DNA of 56,149 nt, the filler included, from Sphacelaria rigidula (Eukaryota), in assembly GCA_964200075.2 (NCBI GenBank). It is 5 parts of 5 records of this genome, joined end to end, with 100 filler letters (N's around TTAATTAATTAA, not from the genome) between each part and the next. Parts side by side here need not be neighbours in the genome. Positions count along the whole stretch, not along the records: positions 22,505 to 33,655 come from CAXNAA020005322.1; positions 33,756 to 44,903 come from CAXNAA020005323.1; 3 more parts are not named here. One strand, written 5' to 3'. The notes beneath the pieces were generated by a model. That model searched no databases. It was not told the DNA's origin and saw only the letters and a list, made by a program, of their open reading frames with translations. The position numbers and the translations under genes were made by a program. Positions 23,711-34,949 of the stretch are shown here, one piece after another. The first letter of the stretch is position 1. Each line of letters opens with the position of its first letter.

Positions 23711-25335
23711 ATAAGCAACACAGCCCCGGTGACCACAGGGGTACCAAAAGGTGAACATCGACCCGCCTTTTCTGTCATCGTGATGTTTAGCCAAGATATA
23801 TTAATTACATGCTGGGAAGGGTATGGGCGGCCATGCACCGGTGGCCAGATGGGTATCAGGAGGCATATTTACCGGGTCGCCTCTTCCGTCACCACATTTT
23901 CTGACTAGTATATAATATATATATATATGTGTGTGTGTGTCGAATGCATTCAACAACTCTCCGTAGTAATGCACGCGTACTTCTGCGACTCACTTTGAAG
24001 CTTTTCCCAATCTGCACGGGCTCCGGCATCCATCGCGTCTCTGGATCTTTCCTACAGCGTACACCATACTAATAATATCCGATATATATTGACCGGCAAA
24101 TACATTGGCACCCACGTAGACCCAATACATATTGACCGGTCAATATGTTCACACCAATGCGACCCTAATATATATTGGTCGTGCAATATGCTGTCGCCCA
24201 CGCTGCCCCAATATATATTGATGGGACAATATGTGTTCAACCCCACAGTACCGACATATATTGGGCGAGCAAGATGTATGCAGTCCCACGACATTAACAT
24301 ATATTGGGCGCGCGATAAGTGTGCAGTTCAAGGGTACCAATATATATTACACCGGTAATATATCGCATAATTCCAATATGATCAACTAATATATATATTC
24401 AAAACATATGTATTGTCCAGGGTGTGGAATATATGACATGATGTTTCTACAATTTTGGAACCCTTGTATTTGTAGGCATCCGCTATGTGTGTGTGGACAA
24501 ACGTTTACAAGTTTTGTTCTTGGTGTGTTGTTGGTACTAATGGATGTCCCTCTGATGGACATGAGCGCTTACAGTAAGTACTCTTGTGTGTGAGTGAGAT
24601 GTGCTCACTCGTATACCCTGGACAATAGACACTAGAATATTGGCGCTGCAATAGCCCCGAAAATTTGACGGTCAATGTTCATCGTCAGTCATAATCGACT
24701 GGCATCAATATCTATCGATAGCTATTGTAGGCGAGAGTAGATTCGGAACAAGGGACATAATGTATCATTGCGACAATGGAGGGGCCCAGTTGTCTATCGA
24801 TACATTTGATTTGTTGCATTAGGCTCTGAATTGTGGCCACTAATGTCTCTTGCTAATCACGATAGGATCTGCCACGCGGCCACCGATACATATTGTTGGT
24901 CACAGTAGGATCTAAATTGCGCACACTAATGTATATTGAGGCTCACAGTAGAATCTGAATCGCGGACACCAATGTCTACCGCTGGTCATAATGTAATCTG
25001 ATTCGCGACCACTAATATCTATTGCTGACCGCAAAAGCAGCTGGATGGCGTCGAACACTAGCGCCATGTATGTACATATTCCTATGTATGTTTCCACCTT
25101 ATTCCACAGAAGTTATGGCCAGCTATCGCCCCAGGTCGTCGCGTGTTCACATGTAAAGGGTATTGCCGTGATGTCATAAGACCACTGCAATGAGCAATCT
25201 ATTTTTCAAACCCTATCGTTGGCGTCACTGGCAATCGATAGGTGCTCCCGAGAACAATCAATTGTTGACGGCAATGCCCATATTGATATACACCAAAAAG
25301 TGCACTGTTGGCGGCAGAGGCTACCGATAGACGGC

Positions 25336-25505
25336 TCACCAAATCTATTGATGACGGTAATAGGTATTGATTAATGGCTCACCTAATATGTTGATGACGG
25401 CAAGGGTTATCGATGGATGGCTCACCAAACCTTTTGATAACGGCAATGGCCATCGATGGATGGCTCGCCAAACCTATTGATTACGGCAATGGCTATCGAT
25501 GAATA
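25336..25505. repeat. 43-bp minisatellite, 4 copies
   Basis: Units start at 25336, 25379, 25422 and 25465 (TCACCAAACCT.TTGAT.ACGGCAATGG..ATCGATGGATGGC). Confidence 0.85.
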
Positions 25506-26632
25506 CATTTCAGAATCTATTGCGGTACACGATGCTCATGGATGGCGAGTGATATTTTTCCATTGTAATTGCCATAGGCTATCGATCGACTACTACAACA
25601 TCTGTTGGCCCTTGCAATACACATCAACATATGTGCTTCACCATCTATCGTATTCGATGATATGTAGATATCGATAGATTTTCCCCCGCGTCCATTGCTG
25701 TGGGGTGATGCAAAGTGTCCAAGACGTGTCTTACCGATTTTCCCTGTTTGGGGGTCAAAAAGGGGGTCAAACGTCCCAAAAGTGAACAATCCATGTGCCA
25801 AAAATCTGTGTGCCATAACATCCGGCCTAAATAACAGAAAGAATGAAAAAAACAAAGAACAGTTTTTTAAAAATACATGATGCACTAGCAGTTTTCCATA
25901 CGGAATTTCATAGCACAACTCTCAAAAACTGAGACGCGACATCCATATTTAGGGCATCTAGTACCTCTGCTCGTAATATATATACATCTATATATTCCTC
26001 ACACTTTGAACCCCTCCCCTTCCTCGGGATGAGTCCGTGGTCTCGAGGGATCAACCCATCTCTCCCCCGGTATTGGTTTTAGAATGGAAACTTACGGCGT
26101 CATATCTCGAGATAGATCACGAATCAGGTGAAAGTGAGGGTATACCTCTCGTCTCCCCGTGCTCCGGGTAATGCCCACATTCAAAATCGTCGACATCCGC
26201 TGATTGTATCGTTCGGGGTTTCACATAGATTTTACTATGGACGCTATCCCCATTAGGTAAACCAAATATTGGTCCAGACTGTTGAGAATATGGGCACCTT
26301 CCCATTTGATTGGACGATAAGTACAATACGCGGATCACGGCCTAACTCGTCTGTGTCGATGAGATATTGCTTTGAGAGCTTAAATCCGTTTCAAGGCTGG
26401 CTCGGCTCGTAAGTGCGAAAAAGTACTTCGACCCATCAGCGCTCTTTAAATTGTCCTGAAATTGAAAACACAAATTTCAAGCCCACTTTTCATCGAATCT
26501 CCACATGCTTGAAATCATAGTAACCATCATCAGCTTCGGAATCTAAGGGGAAAAACAGATTTGAAGACGGTTTCAACCGGGTCGAATTGTACCCGAAACC
26601 GTGATGCCTCGAAAATGTGGAGTTTCGGCGCC

Positions 26633-29600
26633 TGTGACAAAATCACGCCGTCACGTTGAGCATATAGTGATGATTGAATGATGACTTGGGATCTGCAGTG
26701 ATGATATGGATGATGACATGGACACAGGGGTGATACCCTGATGTGGCTTATGGAGCCGCGTGGATGGTCACTCCTGGATAATGAGATGTTGTAAAGGCTG
26801 GCAACTGAAACTGAGGCCAGTGAAGACTAGGAAGTCCCTCAACAGCAGTGATCCAACCGTGCTTTCACTGGCTGGCGTCAAAATATCGATATTAGTGCTA
26901 GTGCTAGTGCTAGTGCTAGAAATCTGCTGAAAGGAATTCAGCGGAAGGAGTTTGGTAGCTGTGGAAACCTGATGACCCACGGACGCGTGGAGAGGGTTCC
27001 TACTGAGGCGGCTGCAGAAAGGCGGCTGGCCTATGATTGATCCAGACTGGACACTTGCTGAAGCTGCGTGCAGCGGGAGTTGGGAGGCTCCTACGACTGT
27101 GTTGCGGCGACGAAGCAAGGAAAGTGCAATTCGCGAGGGTCCGCTGGCCTGCAGAGGTTCGCAGGTAGCCGGTTACAGCTACAGATGTGGCTACCCGCTC
27201 ACGAGGTACGTCCACAGTGACACGGGAAGAGTTGCGACCTCCCCAATACGGGGACGGGTACTCATAGAGTGCATCCCGCACTTTTTATACAAAATACTTG
27301 GAGTACAAGAGGCGTGCGGAGCATGCTAATGCAGGGGGTGCCGTGCGGCATCAGGTGGTGACTATGGCTCAACAAGTACCAACTCATGTACAGAGAGTGT
27401 TCGCTCGTTTGGAACATAACGAGAGCACCATCACCTCGCCGCAATTGGTTGCGGCGATCAAGAAGCATGCAGGGCATGCGGCGGGCGCCGAGGTAGATCT
27501 GACCCAAGCGCCCGCGGCCTTGGCGAAAGCTATCGCAATGGATTCTCGGGGGAAAACGATGTTGGAGCGTGTGGAGCCCATCTTGGCTCATTTGGAGAAG
27601 TACTTCACGGACAATTCGAACGTAGAACTAGTATATTGTTTCCCCGATGGTGAGTTCATTCCCGGCCCGGCAGCAGTAATCACTAAGGCTTTGGTGGAGG
27701 GGTTGGCACCGGAAAATTTCAAGCAAGCCGTGCTTGTCAAGCTGCGGCACCAATCAGATTGGAAGGACGACCCGTACCTGGGGATGAGCACCGTCGTGGC
27801 CGAGTCCATGGAGTGGCGGAAAATAGAGGTGTTCGGCCAGTCGTCCACCTCTTCGGCGAAATCTTTGCGCAACCATGGCTCGAAATCGGCTGGTCGCGCC
27901 GCGAGTATTACTTGTCATCGCTGTGGCCAGGTCGGCCATTATGCGCGCGATTGCCCAACGTCTTCCGGTAGAGAGTCTGGGCAGTCTAGTGCCGCGCGCC
28001 ATCAGCATCGTCAGCACAAGGGCAAGAGGCGAGGTAATCGTGATGGCGGCGGCGGATCCTCCGGGGATGGAGGTTCACAGGCGAGCCCTCAGCAGCAGCA
28101 GCCGCAGCAGCAACAGAACCAGCTGCAGCAGGGGCAGCGGCGTCAGCATGGGCCTGGCTCCGGGTCCGGCGCCGCCGTAGGTGCTGCTGCTCCACAGCGG
28201 GCGGTGCAGGTGGGCGCGACGCCTGTTGACGCGCTGGTCGGAGGATCGCTAACTTCTTGGTTTGCTGGCTGGGGGGCGTACCCGCCGGCGGTGCCGTTTG
28301 AACCTGCCGGGGCGTCTTCGCCTTCGCAACTTGCGCAGCCGTGGCGTCAAGTGGGATTAGCGGTGCATAGGCCAGCGGAAGAAGTGCCCGTGGAGCTTGC
28401 CGACAGATACATTCCGGCGGAGTTATGTCTTCCGAATCAACGGCAGGGTGGAGCCATTGTGGTTCGGTCTGTCTTGGATACTGGCGCCCACTTTACTAGT
28501 CTGCCGGTGCAGATGGTTGAGATTCTGGAGCGACAATTCCCGGGTGTGCCGCCGCGCATCCCGTTTTCGCTCGGGGCGCGGCAGGCAGTCACCGCGTCGG
28601 GTCAGCATGTTTCAGTCACAGAGCGTACTGTTCCGTTGCAGCTAGCCTTCAAGACTGCTTGGGGGCTGGCGCCGTTGCCTCCGATCTCGTTTGCTATTAT
28701 GCCAGGGTCGGATGACGTTGTTCTTCTGGGACTGCCGATGCTACAGGATATAGAAATCGACCCGTATGAGCGGTTGAAGGACTCCATCAAGACGTGGATG
28801 TCTCCGCCTGGTCCGCACATGGAGACGCCGGCCTTTTGGGGCAGTCGTCGCGTGAGCTTATCGGTGGATGCTTTTCAGGAGGCTGGGGGGCAGGTGACCG
28901 AGGAGCAGGATGCGGCGGTGGAACGCTTAGTAGAGCGCGGCCCGGATATGTTCATGGACGCGGCGGAAGAGGAGTCCGCTCGGAAGGTCGCGCTGGAGGA
29001 GAGCGTGACGGATACTGTGGCGAAAGGCCTCAGCGTCCCCAAAGCGGAACGCCTGTGCGGCATCTTGCATCGCCGCGTCAACGCGCTTCGTCGTGCGCTG
29101 CGGGGTGATCCCCCTGCGTGCGGGGAGCCCATGCGTGTTCAGCTGAAACCTGGGGCACCCACGGTGAAGGCGAAGCCACGGCGGTACGATCCGGTGAAGT
29201 CGAGCTGCTTGACGTCGTGCATGGCGGCTATTTTGGCGCTCGGGTTGGTAGTGCGGAAGCTGCAGGCGGTATGGTCCAGTCCGGCGATCGCGGTTCCCAA
29301 GAAATGCTCGTTTCGCCTGGTAAGCGACTACAAGGCCGTAAATGATCAGGTTGAGAAGTCGCCGGGTGTGATGCCCAATCAAGAGTCCGACATGCATGAT
29401 CTCTCGAGTGCTCGTTTTTTTGGCAAGTTGGACCTCCTCCAAGTTTATTGGCAGATGCCGTTGGAGGCGCAGGAGATTTTCACAATCGCGACTCCTTAGG
29501 CTTGTTTACCCCGAAGCGAGTGCCGCAAATCGTGTTGAATGCCACGGCATATTTTCAAGGTGTCATGACGGAACTGCTTGTCGGCTTGAGATGCAAGATA

Positions 29601-32434
29601 TTAGTGGATGATGTGTTTTTTTTCGCGGATACGGAAGACGAACTGTTGGATACGCTTGATGCTATCTTGGCCCGTTTAGAGAATGTTGGTTTGTTTGCGG
29701 CGGCGCACAAATGCACTTTCTTCGCTAGTGAACTCGTATGGTGTGGGAAAGTGTACTCACACGGACGCGTATCTCATGACCCTGTCAGATTGCAAGGCTT
29801 GTCTGACATGCGGCGCCCGGAGACGGCCGCAGAACTCATGCGGTTCCTGCAGACCGTGAATTGGCTGCGTACTTCGTTGCCGTGTATGGCAGAAACCGTA
29901 GCTCCCTTGCGTTTTTTCCTCGAAGAACTTATGGCGGGTGCTGCGAGGCGGACGAAGCGTGTTGCAAAAAACCGCGCTATTCCGCCTGCATCGTGGACGG
30001 AGAATAGGTTGCAGACGTGGGCGGCAGCGAAGGATCTGGTGGCTCACGCCGTGACGCCGTTTCATCCTCGTCCTGATCGTTAGGTGCTAATGTTTCCGGG
30101 TGCATCTGAGTGCCATTGGGATAGTTTCGTTACGCAGGTACCTAAAGTGGAAATGCAGAGACGCCTGTCAGTTGAGGACATGACGCATGAACCGTTGGCT
30201 TTCCCCAGTGGTAATTTTAAGGGTTCGCAGTTGCGTCGGGCCACCATTGATAAGGAAGGTTTTGCTATCGTAAGCACTTTTCGTCGTTTGGAGCATCTCT
30301 TGTGGGATGGCGTGCGCATTTTCACGGATCACCGAAATCTCGTGTATATTTTCAATCCGGAAGCGTGCGTTACGTCTACGTGTGTCGAAAGCATTGGCAC
30401 AACGTTTGGAGGGTTGGAAAGCTGTTCTTGGCCAGTACCGTTACTCGATTTGCCATATCTTGGGTGACCGTAACGCGTGGAGTGACTTGCTGTCGCGTTG
30501 GGTGAATATTCCGGCTTTGCCTGCGCGCGCTGTGGCTGTGTATGGTCCGTGTGAACCTGATGACTCGATGCCGTCCAAATCTGTTGTCCGCCAAGCGCAA
30601 CGAAAAGATCTTGGGGCCAAAGATGCGGACGTGCAATCTTTCGAGTCGGACGTTGGTACTGCTATCTTGGACAATGAAGGTCTGTTTCGTGTGCATGTGC
30701 ATGGCCGAAACGTTTTGTGGATTCCGAGTTCTGACAAGCAGTTACAGGTACGTCTGATGATTTGCGCGCACATGCGCGACGCCGGTGTGGCTGTGACGCT
30801 CGTGCGTTTGCAAGAGTCTTGTGTCTGGCAGGGGACAGAAACTCACGTGCGCGAATTTGTCCGCCAGTGTCTTCACTGTGCTGACTCGAGGGCGGGCGAT
30901 GTCGTTTCCCGCTCGCTCGGCGAAACGGTCCATGGGACCACGCCGAATGTACGTGGACGAGAGTGGCCCGCTAGCTTCCCAAGGTTTGTCGGAGGATACT
31001 GGGTTCCAATACATTTTGGTAGTCATGGATGATTTGAGCAACTTTGTGGCTCTGGAACCAGTAGCAGTGTGTACTGCTGAACCGGCTGCTGCGTCTTTGC
31101 TGAATTGGTGCAAAAATTTGGGGGTGCCCCGTGTGTGGGTGAGTGATACCGCCACGCATTTCAAGAATGCGATTTTGGCCCGATTGCGAGAGACTTTGCG
31201 CGTTGATCACCAGTTTGCGGTAGCGTATTCTCCGTGGTCTGAGGGTACGTGCGAACGCATGGTCAAGGAAGTAGTTCATGCTGTTCGATCCATTCTTCTC
31301 GAGCAGCGTTGAGAGATGACCGAGTGGGTGGACGTGTTGCCCGTTGTGCAATGGGCGCTAAATACAGCATATCGTCGTCGGTACGATAGTACGCCGTATC
31401 ACGTGATGTTTGGTCGTGCCCCTCGGGGGCCCCTCGGACGTCTTTCTCGGTGTTGGCGTCCTCATCGGCGGGGGAGTGGAACTGTGATGTCTTAAACGAT
31501 GCGCAACCGAAGCGTGCGTTGCAAGGAGTTTTGGAGTTGCAGGAAAGTTTTCACGTTGAAGTGCAGGAGCGTGCTACCGCTGAACGTGCGCGTAGACGTG
31601 AGGGGCCTTCGTCAGGGCTGAAATTGCCGAATTTCGAGGTAGGCGGTTATGTTTAGTATGCACGCGTGCGTCGTCCGGGTGTTACGCCCAAATTGATGGC
31701 GACGTGGACTGGTCCGTGGAGGGTGGTTGATGCTAATCACCCGCATATGTTTGAGATCCAAAACATTGTTGCGGGTCGTGTTCAGACCGCCCATGTAGCT
31801 CGTCTGCGTTTTTATGCACACTCACAGCTTCATGTAACGGCAGGCGTGAAGGGTGTGTTTCAGCACGCTTTCAACCAGGGGCAATTTCAGATGGCTGGGA
31901 TTGTTCGCGTGGCAGAGGCAGAGGATCGTTCTTTGATCGTATAGGTCGACTGGGTAGGTTTTCAAGTCGAGTAGCGTACGTGGGAGCCTTTTCAAAATAT
32001 TTTTAAGGCCGCTCCGGAAATTCTCAAAAATGAGTTGCGTAAGGTGCGAGTTACTCGTTCCACTGCTGCTCGCATTACGCGTGAGTTTGGGATTCAGTTG
32101 TGACTTGCTCAATCGTTTTGGCGTTATTTTTCTGAGTGTCGAGCTTGTTGCTCGATTCTTGTCCAACGCGCTTTGGGGGTGCTGTGACAAAATCACACCG
32201 TCACGTTGAGTATGTAGTGATGATTGGATGATGACTTGGGATCTGTAGTGATGAAATGGATGATGACATGGACACAGGGGTGATACCCTGATGTGGTTTA
32301 TGGAGCCGTCTGGATGGTCACTCCTGGATAATGAGATGTCGTAAAGGCTGACAACTGAAACTGAGCCCAGTAAGACTGGGGAGTCCCTCATCAACAGCAG
32401 TGATCCAACCGTGCTTCGACTGGCTGGCCTCACA
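26633..32434 (+). mobile_element. Ty3/Gypsy LTR retrotransposon with chromodomain, full-length but degenerate
   Basis: LTRs at 26633-26882 and 32183-32434 (TGTGAC..TCACA; ~18 substitutions and 2 indels by hand count). Domain order gag-PR-RT-RH-INT-chromo. Confidence 0.95.
27298..32103 (+). pseudogene. Gypsy gag-pol polyprotein with frameshifts and stops
   Basis: CHRCGQVGHYARDC knuckle, protease VLDTGA, RT (FRLVSDYKAVN, GKLDLLQVYWQ, ILVDDV), RNase H (IDKEGFAIV, FTDHRNL), integrase (CAH..CLHC, VSDTATHF, GTCERMVK), chromodomain remnant (VDWVGF..TWEP). Confidence 0.93.
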
Positions 32435-33655
32435 CGTAGTATAATTTCCACTTGTGACACGCACGAAAGACCCCGAGAGCCTCGTTACGGTTTCACTTAT
32501 ATCTGTAGCAGAAAAGCTCAGATCGCCCCCAAACTTGGTTATTCCGTAGGTATATTGATGCTTGAACTGGAAAAATTGTATTCTTGACAATATTTCAAAG
32601 CTTCTCCGTTCGCTACCGGCTTCCGCGGGTCCCAGTATAAAGACCCCCGGAAGGCAGTACATAATACCTCAATAGAAGAATAACAAAATGATGCGTCCCG
32701 GAATAATCCAAGGGACACATGTACAGAGTTTGGTCGGGAAACTCGAAAACACCATATACTGTTTCTTGCCTTAAGTTAAATTCGCTAAAAAAGGCGTTTT
32801 CATTCTAAAACCAAGTAGTTAGGATTTGCAGTTATTGGGAGTTAGACCCTGAAACTGTGCACAAATGTGCCATAGATCATTACGCCAGTTTCGATGAACA
32901 AGATTCCTTTACTTTTGACTTTTTTTACCGTTTTTCGGGGGTGCGACGGGGTCGCGGTCGTTCTTCCGAAATAGTCTCCATTCGGGGACCCCGGAAAACC
33001 GTCACGGCATTTTTTTTAACTTTTTCGCGAACGAGCTGTCGCCGCATAATCTAAGGTGGGGCCCCACAAAATTTCGTGGCTAAACTCGAATGCTTCAATT
33101 TTCATGTTCACGTCAAAAGAGGCCCAAAGCGCCATTTTCGTACCAAAATCAAGTAGTCTGCGGTTTCACCGTGGCACGGCAAAGTTTATTGCACAGAAGA
33201 CGCGGAAAACCTCACGCCGTCTTGAGGAGTTGGATCCTGAATTTTTGCACAACTGTGCTATGGGTCATTACGCAACTTTGGATAAACGAGTTTTCTAAAA
33301 AAAATGTTTCACCGTTCTACGGGGGTCCGACTGGATCGAATTTCCTCGGAAAAACTGGGAACCTCGGAAAACGGTGAAAAGGTCAAAATGTAGAAAAACC
33401 TCAACCTTGGGAACATTTGTGCACAACTTCAGGGTTAAACTCGTTAAAGGCTGGTTCAGGCTTATCACCCAAAAAACACCCATCGGCGAAACCTCACGCC
33501 GTTTTAAGGAGTTAGGCCGAATGTTATGGCAAACAGATTTTTGGCTCACGGATTATTCACTTTGGGGACGCTTGAGCCACCTTTTCACCCCCCAAACAGG
33601 GAAAACCGCCAGCACACGTCTCGGACACTTTGCATCACCCCACAGAAAGGAGCCT

Positions 33656-33755
33656 NNNNNNNNNNNNNNNNNNNNNNNNNNNNNNNNNNNNNNNNNNNNT
33701 TAATTAATTAANNNNNNNNNNNNNNNNNNNNNNNNNNNNNNNNNNNNNNNNNNNN
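33656..33755. other. Artificial scaffold linker
   Basis: Identical 100-bp cassette. Confidence 0.97.
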
Positions 33756-34149
33756 TCTCGCTGCTCGATTGGTGCACTTTTGGCGATGATGTTTTTGTAC
33801 TGCATTGGGTACCGAGTACGTCCCAATTCTTTGTGCGATAGCATGTCTGGAGACGTTTCGTTTCACAAAATGCGGCGGAATAACGATAGACCGTCGCGCC
33901 GCATAGGCGCACGCACACCTGACATGCCCAGGCAGAGCACATTGGTCGTGCTGCAAGATGGCATCAACCTCGTCATAAGCTCCATAATGGGAGAGAACTT
34001 CGCAGCCAACTGTCGTATATCACCGCACGAGGGAAAAGTACTACTTGAAGCTGCGCTATACCCCCCTCAAAAGCAGACCATCACCAAAACATCGAGACCC
34101 TTTGCAACCCAGAGGTACGGGAGAGTATGCACGATTATTGTGCACACAA

Positions 34150-34228
34150 AAACGTTCTTGTCTTGTCGGGATTCGAACTCGTGACCTATGTCATTTGAGG
34201 TTATTTATTCAGTTTGACCACCGGGCCC
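34150..34228 (-). repeat. tRNA-like degenerate sequence
   Basis: The minus strand reads CCCGGTGGTCAAA...GAGTTCGAATCCCGA, similar in layout to 22612-22684. Confidence 0.4.
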
Positions 34229-34949
34229 AAACAAAAAGTGCCACCCGAAGCCCAATTTTACGTATTTTTGGCTGAAAATTGACAAGGATGTGGTTGACGC
34301 GAGTGCCCGTATGTGTCGCCGCGTTATCATCGTTTGTATCATTTTTTGAGGAAGTTACAGCATTTTTCCTGTTTTTGCTGGAACTTCAACTCGCTCTAAC
34401 TTCCGGGTTTCTTTTTCAACCTCTGCACCCCTCACAGGGTTGCGCAGATTGATGATAAAAATGTCGTGTCAAAAATTCAGCGCCCAACTCTTCGAATTGC
34501 CGAAAGCATCTCCACTCTTATTTCAAAAATCACTGGTGGCCGGCCCAGCTCGTACCATTGTACGTCAATTCACGTACGTCACCTCCTCAAAACCGGGGTA
34601 GTCACTATCTCGGACCGATTTCCCCCCATTCTTCTGAAAAATCGGGGGAAAGCGTCCTGGAATCGCGACACCCTGGTTTTTCTCCCCCGATTTGGTCCAT
34701 ATCGGGGCCCATAAAATGCGTTCCCCGATTTTTTCACCCTCGATGTTGAAAAAATCGACATTGGTGACTACCATAAAAGATTATCCAAGCGCCAAAAACA
34801 CTGTCCATTACTCACGAGAATGTCGTTGACAAATGAAAAGGTTCCGAACGCTTTGTTTTTACTTGATCCTTGCGATACTCGATACCAAATTTCAAAGCAC
34901 ACCGCTCGAATCTGAGGGCGTGTCTTGGCACAGTCTTTCGATCGAAAAA

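Larger units (their letters stand above)
25698..33645. mobile_element. Long-TIR non-autonomous DNA element enclosing the Gypsy insertion
   Basis: ~130-bp inverted termini CTGTGGGGTGATGCAAAGTGTCC.. (25698-25830) and ..GGACACTTTGCATCACCCCACAG (33511-33645). No TSD found. Confidence 0.65.
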
